Below, piece after piece: positions 25,715-37,168 of a stretch of DNA of 64,000 nt; within the stretch, counting starts at the first letter, position 1, and the number at the start of each line of letters is the position of its first letter. The position numbers were made by a program, and so were the translations under genes. The notes under the pieces were generated by a model. The model was given only the letters and a program-made list of their open reading frames with translations. It ran no database searches and was not told the origin of the DNA. The stretch covers positions 37,535,131 to 37,599,130 of the forward strand of contig NC_083416.1 in the NCBI RefSeq assembly GCF_020745735.1. Direction: 5' to 3'. Source of the stretch: Hemiscyllium ocellatum (lineage: Eukaryota).

Positions 25715-25828
25715 GATGGTATTGAACCCATGTGGGAAGACAACAGAAACAAATGTGGTGGAAGATGGTTAATCACACTGTCCAAGCAGCAAAGAATGCT
25801 GGAACTAGATCAATACTGGCTAGAAACA
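25715..25828 (+). CDS. eif4e1b: eIF4E-1B exon 5 (DGIEPMWEDNRNKCGGRWLITLSKQQRMLELDQYWLET)
   Basis: 114 nt; cap-binding W102/E103 equivalents; AG/GTGAGT. Confidence 0.97.
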
Positions 25829-26367
25829 GTGAGTTAATAAAATGCTTAGACAAATTTGTTTTTGTCATTTTTGGTGGAACATCAAAGACCTGTTCAATCA
25901 TAGATTTTTCAATGCTCAATTTTATTCTTTGTTTCATAGCCGTATATCTGCAATATCTGTTCTAGATGATGGACACACTTAACTTTCTGTTATGTAATGG
26001 CATGAGCTATAGATGGCACCTATGTGCCCTCTTTGGATCCAATGGCATGTTGCTTTCAAAATAAGCAAGGGAATTATCCCCTGTCCTGAGGCATAAGTAT
26101 CATTCGTTGAGAATCATCAAGAAACCTACATGTGCAAATTGGTTATCGTATTTCTGATAACACCCATTGATTCAGGTCACTAGAAATTTTGAGTGTTTGT
26201 GGCCAGATTGAAGTATACCTTCTTTTTCAAATCTAACTCTATGTAAATGCAGTGGCTGCCAATAGAGCTATTAAGCATTTTAGAATAGTTACTCAATCTC
26301 CATTTTGTAAAGTGCAAGTAATTAATGATTTTAATATTAACTTTTTTTTATTTATTATCTTTTTAAG

Positions 26368-26507
26368 TTGCTATGTCTTATTGGAGAAGCTTTTGATGAT
26401 TATAGCAATGACATATGTGGTGCGGTAATTAATATCCGAGCAAAAGGGGATAAAATAGCAATATGGACCCGTGACACAGAAAATGAAGAAGCAGTTTTAC
26501 ACATAGG
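26368..26507 (+). CDS. eif4e1b: eIF4E-1B exon 6 (LLCLIGEAFDDYSNDICGAVINIRAKGDKIAIWTRDTENEEAVLHIG)
   Basis: 140 nt; R157/K162/W166 equivalents; AG/GTACGT. Confidence 0.97.
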
Positions 26508-27164
26508 GTACGTTTTTTTTAAAATGTTTTAAAGGTTTGTTTAATTTGTTGAAAATTGTATCCATTTTCCCATCTCTTTTGAACCATTCCCTTCCATGCG
26601 TAAACTGTGGAGAATTTTGCATCTGTTAGACACTTGTCTGCATTTTTATGATGTTGGCTGCTACCAATTTATCTTGGTTTTCTCCTTCGATTGCAAGTTA
26701 TTTTTAAAACAACTTGAGACCTTTCAAAGACTTAACTTCCCTCTCCGAATGTGTTGTTTTTCACCATATTTCCAGCCTTACTTGTAATGTTTCACTTTAG
26801 CTGGGTTTTGGGATTTGCTATCAAAACCATTTAAACTGAGGGCAAGTTACATTAAATTTCTTAGTCATGCACTATAAACTTTGTGCCTATTCTTTAGTTG
26901 TGTCAATAGTTCATTGAAATATTTTCACGCTGCTAGCTTAATACTTTGTGCAAAAGACTTTTAAAACCAATTTGCACTTGCACCCTTAACATTACAATAT
27001 AACACCAACTCAATAGAAGAATTGCAATTCTCTTTTGATGAAACCTACCTCAAATTCCTTTTTAAAATAAGGAACATTTCAAAGTGGTTAATTTGTAATG
27101 GAATTCCAGCGCTTCTCATACAGGCAGCTGAAAGCGTTGCAATCTGTAATAAAGCAACTTGAGA

Positions 27165-28775
27165 TGTTCAAAGTGACAATGTCCAGATTACAAAGGAGGA
27201 AGTGCTGGATGTCTTGAAATGGGTAAAATTGGATAAGTCCTCAAGACCTGATCAGGTGTACCTGAGAACTCTGTGGGAAGCTAGAGAAGTGACTTGCTGG
27301 CCTCTTGCTGAGATATTTGTATCATCAATAGTCACAGGTGAGGTAACGGAAGACTGGAGGTTGGCAAATGTGGTGCCACTGTTGAAGGGCAGTAAAGACA
27401 AGCCAGGGAACTATAAACTAGTGAGCCTGACCTTGGTGGGCAAGTTGTTGGAGGGAATCTGGAGGGACCGCTTGTCCATGTATTTGGAAAGGCAAAGACT
27501 GATTCAGGATAGTCAACATGGCTTTGTGCATGGGAAATCATGTCTCTCCAAACTTGATTTGAGTTTTTTGTGGAAGTAACAAAAGATTGAGGGCAGAGCA
27601 GTAGATGTGATCTATATGGACTTCAGTAAGGCGTTCAAAAAGGTTCCTCGTGGGAGACTGGTGAGCAAGGTTAGACCTCATGGAATACAGCGAGAACTAG
27701 CCATTTGGATACAGAACTGGCTCAAAGGTAGAAGACAGGGTGGTGGTGGAGGGTTGTTTTTCAGACTGGAGGCCTGTGACCAGTGTATGCCACAAGGATC
27801 GGTGCTGGGCCCTCTACTTTCTGTCATTACATAAATGATTTGGATGAGAGTGTTAGAGATACAGTTAGTAAATTTGCAGATGACACCAGGATTGGAGGTG
27901 TAGTGGACAGCGAAGAGGGTTACCTCCGATTACAAGGATCTTGACCAGATGGGCCAATGGGCTGAGAAGTAGTAGATGGAGTTTAATTCAGATAAATGTG
28001 AGGTGCTGCATTTTGGGAAAGCAAATCTTAGCAGGACTTATACACTTAATGGTAAGGTCCTAGGGAATGTTGCTGAATGAAGAGATCTTGGAGTGCAGGT
28101 TCATAGCACCTTGAAAGTGGAGTTGCAGGTAGATAAGGTAGTGAAGAAGGCGTTTGGTATGCTTTCCTTTATTGATCAGAGTATTGAGTACAGGAGTTGG
28201 GAGGTCATGTTGCGGCTGTACAGAACATCAGTTAGGCCACTGTTGGAATATTGTGTGCAATTCTGGTCTCCTTCCTATTGGAAAGATGTGAAACTTGAAA
28301 GGGTTCAGAAAAGAATTACAAGGATGTTGTCAGGGTTGGAGGATCTGAGCTACAGGGAGAGGCTGAACAGGCTGGGGCTGTATTCCCTGGAGTGTCGGAG
28401 GCTGATAGGTGATATTTATAGAGGTTTACAAAATTGAGGGGCATGGATAGGGTAAATAGACAATGTCCTTTCCCTGGAGTCGGGGAGTCCAAAACTAGAG
28501 GGCATAGATTTAGGGTGAGAGAGGGAAAGATATGAGACCTAAGGGGCAACTTTTCAAGCAGAGGATGGTATGTCTATGGAATGAGCTGCCAGAGAATGTG
28601 GTGGAGGCTGGTACAATTGCAACATTTTAAGAGGCATTTGGATGGGTATATGAATAGGAAGGGTTTAGAGGGATATGGGCCAGGTGCTGGCAGGTGGGAC
28701 TAGATTGGGTTAGGATGTCAGATCGGCATGGATGGATTGGACCGAAGGGTCTGTTTCCATACTGTACATCTCTAT
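27165..28775 (+). mobile_element. CR1 LINE with frameshifted RT domain
   Basis: ORFs 27202-27579 (DWRLANVVPL..PGNY..QHGF), 27607-27834 ([16 protein letters not shown]), FADD at about 27873, and 28093-28437. Confidence 0.93.
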
Positions 28776-30194
28776 GATTAATTAGAAATATGGAGTGATG
28801 AATCTTTGGATGAAATTCAACTAGGATGAGAACTTCAAACTTGAGAATATCCAACCGCAAGTGTTTTGCCAAGTATTGTAAAGGATGGGAGATTAGAATA
28901 TCTGTAAAGAAAACAAAAGCATTAATGAAGGTTTTCAGGTACCAAGGCAAGTTGAAAGTTTGATTAAACATTACAGAATTAAAACAGGCATTCTGATACT
29001 GGAGCCAAGAAGTAGGCAAGCTGATATCCTGCAAACAAAACATTAAAGTTGTGAATATTTGATTTTTCGTTTTGAGCATTTCTATGTAAATGGTGACTAG
29101 GGAGCAGAGTTTGCAATGAAAACAAATATTGGCTTCAGTCCTTCCAGTATTTAGAGGACTGGATTGGGACAAGCAGTCTGTCGTCAGGAGTGCTGAGGTG
29201 AACTTGCATGTTGTTGGTATAAGTTTTTTTTTAGCACTGGTTTTCAGATTAGTGATAGCAAAGTGCTGGTGAGAAATGAGGTCCAGAATAGATCCTGGTC
29301 GGGCAAAGGTAACTGAGTGGGAAGAGAAGTTGCTATAGGTGACTTTCTGGATATCATGGAACCATCATGAAATAAGTTCTACCCAGTTGGATGGTGGAAG
29401 GGCGGTATTAGATGTGTTGGGGAGGTGGAAGGAAAAAGCATAAGAAAACTGAATAATGCCTGAATTTTGACTTGAACTATGCCATTACACATTGTGCAGA
29501 ACTAAAGACAAGGGAATTCCTTCGTCACATTGTTCTTAATTGAGGTTATCAGAATCAAGCAAGTCTTTGGCTGTTTGCTATGTAATTTTGTACTCTGTTC
29601 AGGTAAGCGGGCATTAGTGATCATGGATTTGAATCAGATTGACAAGCAATCACAGACCAAAGTACTGTAATGGTTTACTATTGCCTTGATCAGTATAGCT
29701 GACCAGGAAATAAACCATTCTTCTTACTATTTATAGGCTGTGTTGGAGACCTGCAAACTCCAATCCATTGGCCATGTTATGAATGCATTTCTGTGGTAGA
29801 GGTAGTCCTACAGCTGGTCAATATAAAATTATAAAACTCATCATCTTTATACAACCGCCTGTCCATCCCTTTCCACATTCAACAACAAGCTTTGAAAACT
29901 GCTCATTTTTGACAGTAGCTGAGACAATCCATAGCTTTACTTATTTTTCTTTTTACAAAGTAAGTTTTTGCACCATCATTCAATGCTAAACAGATTATTT
30001 ATGTTCCAAGATCCACATCTTGTTTTGTCAAAAACAAGGTTCTTAGAGCAAGTTTTGTACCAAGTTCCAATTGTATCCGTTTACTAACAAATAGGTTATA
30101 ACATAGTCTCTGCCCTTCTTCGCTGGTGGGAGTAATTACAAAGCTAGTTTCATGGGATATATTGAGGTATATTGTCACCATGTTAAATATCGTT

Positions 30195-30962
30195 TTTGAA
30201 ATGGGCAGGGATACGGCAGATGGAATACAATGTGGGTAAATGAGATTACGCACTTTGGTAGGAAGAATTGAAGTGTAGAATATTTTCTAAACCGGGAAAA
30301 GCTTTGGAGATCTGAAGCACAAAGGGACTAGGAGTCCTGCTTCAGTATTCTCAAAGGTTAACATGCAGGTTCAATTTGCAGTTAAAAGGCAAATGCAATG
30401 TTAGCCTTCATTTCAGGAGGGCTGAATAGAAGTGCAGACTGCATTTGGAGTATTGTGTGCAGTTTTGAGTTCCATATCCAAGGAAGGATATGCTGACATT
30501 CGAGGGAGTCCAGAGGAGGATTGTAAGAATGATCCCTGGCGATGAAGAGCTTGTCATTAAAAAGGCACTTGAGGACTCCGGGTCTGCATGTGGTGGAGTT
30601 TGGAAGGATGATGGGGGATTTAATTGAAACTTGCAGTATACTGAGGCCTGGATAAAGTGGACATGGAGATGTCTCTGCTGTTAGGAGAGACTGGGACCCA
30701 TGGGCACATCCTTCGAGTAAATGGAGGACCCTCCAGAGCTGAAATGAGGGGAAATTTCATCAGCCAGAGCATGGTAAATCTGTGAAACTCATTGCCACAG
30801 AAGGCTGTAGTGGTTGTCATTGAGTGTGTTTGAGACTGGTATTTGATGGTGAAGAGGATCAAGGATTAGTTATGAGGAGAATGAGATTGAGAAACATGTC
30901 AGCCATGATTTAAATGACAGCAGACTCCATGGGCTGAATTACCCAATTCTGCTCATGATCTT
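30195..30962 (+). mobile_element. Decayed CR1 LINE 3' part
   Basis: tttggagtattgtgtgcagttttg; cagccatgatt..gggctgaat tail. Confidence 0.75.
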
Positions 30963-31288
30963 ATCAGTGCCAAGTTACTAACTTTGGTTTGTCCCATTTG
31001 AGAACATTTACACACTTGGACTGGCACAGTTCCACATCAACTATGGCTGATTTTGGCAAGTTAATGATCAATCTTTGACCATGGAACAAGCATTCATAAC
31101 ATTGCCAATGAGTCTTGGGATTACAACTTGAACCTTGTTTCTATTGTAGAGGTAAGGGTGTTATCTACTGAGTAGTAAGGCTTTCAGGTTTAATTAAGAA
31201 CTTTTTTAATGGGTGTGCAATCTCTCCGGATGCAGCTGTAATTTAGAACATTTAAAATGTATTTTAAGAATTTTTTTTTCTTCTTCAG

Positions 31289-31403
31289 AAAAACCTACAA
31301 GGAAAGGCTTGGTCTTCCCATGAAGGTTGTGATTGGTTATCAAGCGCATGCAGACACTGCAACAAAGAGTGGATTGGGAGTTAAAAACAAATTTGTTGTT
31401 TGA
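31289..31403 (+). CDS. eif4e1b: eIF4E-1B exon 7, terminal (KTYKERLGLPMKVVIGYQAHADTATKSGLGVKNKFVV*)
   Basis: 115 nt to TGA. QAH (Ala at the Ser199 position) and KNKFVV resemble class 1B. The joined CDS is 648 nt with no frameshift. Confidence 0.95.
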
Positions 31404-31522
31404 GCAATTTTTTCACCAAGCTTTAAAGCTGTGTAAATGAACTTGTTTAATTTGTGCAGTTGATTTGGGAGACTCTGTAGTTTTACCAAACTTGGCTGTT
31501 GGAATGATGTTTGAAGAAAAAA

Positions 31523-31528
31523 ATTAAA
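31523..31528 (+). terminator. Candidate poly(A) signal ATTAAA of eif4e1b
   Basis: ATTAAA about 120 nt after the stop, just before a Penelope cluster. Confidence 0.35.
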
Positions 31529-31660
31529 TATTTATGCAAGGTATTTAAATTGAGATTTCAATGGTCATTTATTGCAAACTGACTTTGAGTATAAACTCTT
31601 GTGTGTACAATCTAAACGTTTACTTTCCAGTTTTAGACTGGATTGGGGGATTGTGGTGCT

Positions 31661-32558
31661 ACCACCCCACCAACCTCCGCATACAACGTATCATCCGCCG
31701 CCATTTCCGCCACCTCCAAACGGACCCCACCACCAAGGATATATTTCCCTCCCCTCCCCTATCAGCGTTCCGCAAGGACCACTCCCTTCGTGACTCCCTC
31801 GTCAGATCCACACCCCCCACCAACCCAGCCTCCACCCCCGGCACCTTCCCCTGCAACCGCAGGAAATGTAAAACTTGCGCCCACACCTCCACACTCGCTT
31901 CCCTCCAAGGCCCCAAGGGATCCTTCCATATCCGCCACAAGTTCACCTGTACCTCCACACACATCTATTGCATCCGCTGCACCCGATGCGGCCTCCTCTA
32001 TATTGGTGAGACAGGCCACTTACTTGCGGAACGCTTCAGAGAACACCTCTGGGCTGCCCGAACCAACCAACCTAATCACCCCGTGGCTCAACACTTTAAC
32101 TCCCCCTCCCACTCCACCGAGGACATGCAGGTCCTTGGACTCCTCCACCGGCAGAACACAACTACACGACGGCTGGAGGAGGAGCGCCTCATCTTCCGCC
32201 TGGGAACCCTCCAACCACAAGGTATGAATTCAGATTTCTCCAGTTTCCTCATTTCCCCTCCCCCCCACCTTGTCTCAGTCGGTTCCCTCAACTCAGCACC
32301 GCCCTCCTAACCTGCAATCCTCTTCCTGACCTCTCCGCCCCCACCCCACTCCGGCCTATCACCCTCACCTTGACCTCCTTCCACCTATCCCACCTCCATC
32401 GCCCCTCCCCCTAGTCCCTCCTCCCTACCTTTTATCTTAGCCTGCTTGGCTCTCTCTCTCTCATTCCTGATGATGAAGGGCTTATGCTCGAAACGTCGAA
32501 TTCTCTATTCCTGAGATGCTGCCTGGCCTGCTGTGCTTTGACCAGCAACACATTTGCA
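31661..32558 (+). mobile_element. Young 5'-truncated Penelope-like element (uninterrupted GIY-YIG endonuclease C-terminus plus pLTR), nested in an older pLTR
   Basis: ORF to 32310 has PCNRRKCKTCAH, IYCIRCTRCGLLYIGET and ERFREH; CpG-rich; hammerhead core at 32463-32501. Confidence 0.92.
32463..32501 (+). ncRNA. Minimal hammerhead ribozyme with a TGA duplication after the core
   Basis: ATTC-CTGATGA(TGA)-A-GGGC-TTAT-GCTC-GAA-ACGT-C-GAAT. Confidence 0.65.
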
Positions 32559-33845
32559 GCTGGAAAAGCACAGCAGGCAAGGCAGCACATGAGCAGGAGA
32601 ATCCTGATTTCAGGCATAAACCCTTCCTCAGAAATGAGGCTTGTGGGCTGGGGTTACCTGAGATAAAATGGAAGGGAGATGGGGGTGGGGGGAGGTAGCT
32701 GAGAATGCAATAAGTAGATGAGCGTGTTAGGTCAGAGAGGGGGGTGGAATGGGATTGATGGGAAAGACAATAGACAGGTCAAGAGGGTGGTGCTGAGTTG
32801 GAGGCTTGAGACTGGGAGAAAATGGTGGGGTGGGGGAAGGAAATGAGAACTAGTGAAATCCACATTACAAACATACGGGATCACAGTCCTAAGGCAGAAG
32901 ATGAGGTTCTCTTCCTCCAGGTCTTGGGTAGTTAGGGATTAGTGATGAAGTCCAGGACCTGCATGCCCTTGGTGGAGTGGGCGGAGGAGTTGGAGTTCAA
33001 GCACAAGGTGGTGGGGTTGGTTGGTACAAGAGTCCCAAAGATGTTCTCTGAAATGATCCACAAGTTGGCGTCTTGTCTTCCTGATGTAGAGGAGACCACA
33101 TCTGGTGCCATGGATACAGATGGCACGAGTGGAGGTATATGTAAATTTGTCTGTGGAAGGATCCTATTGGGGCCTTGGACAGAGGTGAGGGGTAAAGTGT
33201 GGATGCATGTTCCGCAATTGCTTGCAGTAGCAGGGAAATGTGTAGGGTGAGAGCTAGTGGGGCACGTAGATCTGACCAAGGGAGTCACTGAGGGAATGGT
33301 GTCTGCAAAACACTGATTGATAGGAGTGGGAAATACCCACCCTGGGGGGTCTGTTTGTAGGTGGCAGAGGATGATGCAATGTTGAGAGGGTGGTGGGATG
33401 TAAGATGAGGATCAGGGGTGTTCTGTCATTGTTGCATTGGGAGGGGTGGGGTTCAAGGGCAGAAGTGCAGGAGATGCACTGAACAGCATTGCTGACCATG
33501 TGGAGGGGAAATTGCAGTCTTCAAGGCCATCTGGGATTTTCTATGGTGGAATTGGCCATTCTCCTTCAAAGGCTACAATATCCCCTCCTATGTGGTCAAC
33601 TATGCTCTCCAGCACATCTCCTTCACTTCCCACACCACTGCCTTTTGAACCCCACCCCTCCCAACACAAGGACAGGACTTCCCTGGTCCTCACCTTCCAC
33701 TACATCAAAAACCTTCATTATACATTTGCATCATCCTCTATCACTACAAATAGACCCCCACCACATATTTCCCTCCCCTCCCCACCCTATCAGCATTTTG
33801 GTGAGACCATTCTCTCAGTATCTGCAGTCCTTACTTTCTCTTCCT
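32559..33845. mobile_element. Older Penelope-like element (minus-strand body to about 33550, followed by an inverted plus-strand piece)
   Basis: Decayed homology to 31661-32558 in opposite orientation; mirror segment at 33555-33800. Confidence 0.8.
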
Positions 33846-34139
33846 GGTTTGGGAGATTGTTAATCCTCCAGTAAAACTGCCTTGGATGCAAAGACAAATT
33901 AATTGCATGACATTGAATATTTAGATTGTTTTCCCTATGATTGTTAACTAGAGATCCATTTTAGTTAATGTAACTAAAAAATGTTGCTACAACTAAAAAA
34001 TGTTATAATATGCAGGTTGCACATGCCTACTTTGAATAACAGCATCACTTTTTTCACTTCAAAAGTGGGAAATCACTAGTTAAACTGGAAACGCAGTGGG
34101 AACTGGCCTCAGAGCCCTTTTCCACCCTTCAGGCATTCT

Positions 34140-34290
34140 GCCTGTATTCCTGATGAAGGGCTTTTGCCCAAAACATCATTTTTTTTTTTTTTTCCCCTGC
34201 TCCTCAGATGCTGCCTGACTTGCTGTGCTTTTCCAACACCACTATAATCTAAATTCTGGTTTCCAGCATCTGCAGTCATTGTTTTTACCT
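34140..34290 (+). mobile_element. Solo Penelope pLTR end with decayed hammerhead
   Basis: ATTCCTGATGAAGGGCTTTTGCCCAAAACATC followed by GATGCTGCCTGACTTGCTGTGC. Confidence 0.7.
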
Positions 34291-34783
34291 ACAAAATTTA
34301 TGATGGCCAAGTCATCTAATCTTCCATACTGTGACCTATTGGAGGGACTGGCTGATTTCAAGATTGTCCCCCTTTTTGTTTTTTTTTTTGGTCTACTGGC
34401 TGGGAATTCTAAGACAAAGGATCTTTAGCCAGTGCCAACTTTGAAGGGCAAATATAATCCCCTTTTCTTTATTTTGGAATTGAGACAAAGTTCTGGATTA
34501 AGATAGGGATGTTTTAAGAAAATTGAAATTGTGGCAGGGAAGGAGAACAGAATCATTTATAGTTTGAGCCAGTTGTGGTTTTGGAAGACAAAACACAGGC
34601 TTGGGGATGTTAGTTCAAAATCATTATGTCAAGATTGGGGAAAAAGTTAGTTATGAAACAAGTCTACTGAAATAATTGACATTGGTAGGTACATCTACCT
34701 AACCTGTACAGATGTGTTTTTATGCAATGAGCTGAGGCAGTGTACCTATCGGAATTTGGAAGATAGGCTATAGCACTATCCTG

Positions 34784-35692
34784 CACCAGAGATATATTTC
34801 CCTCCCCTCCCCTATCCCTCACCACCAGGGATATATTTCCCTCCCCTCCCCTATCAGCGTTCCGAAAAGACCACTCCCTCCATGACTCCGTCGTCAGGTC
34901 CACACTCCCCACCAACCCAACCTCCACTCCCAGTACCGTCCCCTGCAACCGCAGGAAATGCAAAACTTGCGCCCACACCTCCTCCCTTACCTCTCTCCAA
35001 GGCCCCAAAGGATCCTTCCATATCCGCCACAAATTCACCTGCACCTCCACACACGTCATCTATTGCATCCACTGCACCCCATGTGGCCTCCTCTGTATTG
35101 GGGAGATGGGCCGCCTACTTGTGGAACGCTTCAGGGAACACCTGGGACGCCTGGACCAACCAACCCAACCATCCCGTGGCTCAACACTTTAACTCCCCCT
35201 CTCACTCCACCAAGGACATGCAGGTCTTTGGACTCCTCCATCGCCAGAACATAACAACACGACGGTTGGAGGAAGAGCGCCTCATCTTCCACCTGGGAAC
35301 CCTCCAACCACAAGGGCTGAACTCCGATTTCTCCAGTTTCCTCATTTCCCCTACCTTCTCCCCCCCCCCCCACCTTGTCTCGATTCCCTCGAACTCAGCA
35401 CCACCCTCCTAACCTGCAATCTTCTTCCTGACCTCTCTGCCCCCACCCTACTCTGGTCTATCACCATCACCTTGACCTCCTTCCACCTATCACATCTCCA
35501 TCGCCCCTCCCCCGAGTCCCTCCTTGCTACCTTTTATCTTAGCCTGCTGGACACACTTTCCTCATTCCTGATGAAGGGCTTCTGCCCGAAATGTCGAATT
35601 TCCTGTTCCTTGGATGCTGCCTGACCTGCTGCGCTTTAACCAGCAACACATTTTCAGCTCTGATCTCCAGCATTTGCAGACCTCACTTTTTA
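34784..35692 (+). mobile_element. 5'-truncated Penelope-like element with 16-bp TSD
   Basis: TSD CTATAGCACTATCCTG at 34768-34783 and 35693-35708; GIY-YIG remnants; hammerhead at 35564-35599. Confidence 0.92.
35564..35599 (+). ncRNA. Minimal hammerhead ribozyme (ACGT mutated to ATGT)
   Basis: ATTC-CTGATGA-A-GGGC-TTCT-GCCC-GAA-ATGT-C-GAAT; perfect stems I and II. Confidence 0.68.
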
Positions 35693-35794
35693 CTATAGCA
35701 CTATCCTGAGCTGTTTCAAGATTTCACCCTTGATACGGTTTAGTTTCAGTTAATCTTTTAAATTGTGCAAAGAAAGTCATACTCTTAAATGATG

Positions 35795-35920
35795 ATTTTG
35801 GAGGTACCAGTGTTCGAATGGGGTGTACAAAGTCTAAAAATCTCTCTACACCAGGTTATAGTCCAACAGGTTTAGTTGGAAGCACTAGCTGTCGGGGCGC
35901 TGCTCCTTCGTCAGGTAGCT
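35795..35920 (-). mobile_element. Terminus of the AGCU-type hammerhead element family
   Basis: Homologous to 840-961. Reverse complement CTGACGAAGGAGCAGCGCCCCGACAGCTAGTG. Another decayed copy lies at about 39735-39815. Confidence 0.65.
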
Positions 35921-36499
35921 TACGAGTAGGATCGTTAATTTTATGGAATTTGTGGTTTTTAACGGTTAGTTTGAGACAACGAAATTGAAAGCAAGCACCT
36001 AGAAGTAGTTGGAGACTAGATTATTTTTGGGAAGGGTTACTCCAACTTATATTCAGTGACATTCTACACGACAGGAGTGGTTGATGCGAAAACTTGCATT
36101 ATTCTTCAGGAATGTAGCACGCTGTTGCATTTGGTATTTTCTGCAGTAACGTGTCATGGTAGCTACTGCACAAACCATTTTTACTTTATTGTAAATATCG
36201 CTTGTCAGCTGAACTCATTGTAATAGGTGACACTGGAAGAGTTAAAGCAGTAATGCAAAGGAGTTGGCACGTGAATGTGTTCTCCAGTACCGTGTTCTGT
36301 TCTGGGTTAATTTAAATAAAAGGCTACTGGAAATCTGAAATAACAAAGAGAGAAACAGAATAAATATTGCAAGTCGCATGTAACGCAAGCTGCTGTTCGA
36401 TCTTGCTGAGGTTTTTAAATCTGTTTCTGCCCTGTGTGTGTGTGATGGTTGGTTGATGCTCTTGCTACTTCACTGGGACCAGCAGAGGGTGACACTGAG

Positions 36500-36860
36500 T
36501 CTCCCTGCAGTGCCCGGGAGCAGACCTCGCAACCGGCGCGCGCGCCCCCCGTCATCAGGCTGGAGACGCGGATGCGCCTGGATGGGGAGGGGGATGGGGA
36601 TGGGGGAGGGGGAAGAGCGGGCGCATGCGCGCTGCTGGTGTGGTGGATGGCGGCGCCGGGGCAGCGCGCTGTGTCGGTGACCAGGGAGTAACCGCATGGA
36701 GCTGTGAGCGGCACCGGCGCGGGAGCGGCCTGTCTGGCCCGGAGTGAAGGCCAATGTCGGTGCAGGCGCGCTCTCCTGATGCGGCGGTGGCCGGGCCTCG
36801 GAGCCTGGCTTCTCCCTGAGTGAGCTTCACGGAGGGCGGCTGTCCGCCTCTCGCCTTTAA
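36500..36860 (+). promoter_or_regulatory. CpG-island promoter and 5' leader of the tetraspanin gene
   Basis: The only strongly GC/CpG-rich stretch in the window, immediately 5' of the ATG. It has the NRF1-type palindrome GCGCATGCGC at 36621-36630 and a YY1-like GATGGCGGC at about 36646-36654. Confidence 0.85.
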
Positions 36861-36952
36861 CGTTTGTTTTGTTTTTTTTTAAATATAAAACAAAACCCCT
36901 CCCCCCTCCCTCTCTCTGTCTGTCTCTGACCCTCCTGAGTTTCCAGATCACC

Positions 36953-37033
36953 ATGTCCGGGAAACACTTCAAAGGACCTGAAGTTAGTTGCTGTGTGAAG
37001 TACGTTCTGTTCGGCTTTAACATCGTGTTTTGG
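36953..37033 (+). CDS. tspan17: Tetraspanin (TspanC8; TSPAN17 by synteny) coding exon 1 (MSGKHFKGPEVSCCVKYVLFGFNIVFW)
   Basis: accATG context, 81 nt, GTGAGT donor; TSPAN5/17-type N-terminus and start of TM1. Confidence 0.88.
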
Positions 37034-37147
37034 GTGAGTGTTTGCAGGCTCCTGTTGTCTCTGTCTCTGAGTGACCGAGAGACAGCCTTTTGTCTGACTC
37101 CCAGCCTCAGGGGCTTCTCCTCGCCTGTGGCACCATGTCACAACAAA

Positions 37148-37168
37148 ACACACACACACACACACACA
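37148..37168 (+). repeat. (CA)n microsatellite
   Basis: About 10 AC units. Confidence 0.85.

Noticed and set aside
28627-29172. 181-aa minus-strand ORF
   Set aside because: Partly antisense CR1 tail with a non-ATG start and no recognisable domain.
31561-32310. 249-aa ORF as a host gene or domesticated nuclease
   Set aside because: It is a 5'-truncated Penelope endonuclease fused by chance to flanking sequence, with homologous broken copies at 4.7, 9.4, 33 and 35 kb.
36415-37023. 202-aa minus-strand ORF and other ORFs over the CpG island
   Set aside because: GC-rich, stop-poor sequence with low-complexity Pro/Ala/Arg translation, antisense to the tetraspanin leader and with no recognisable domain.
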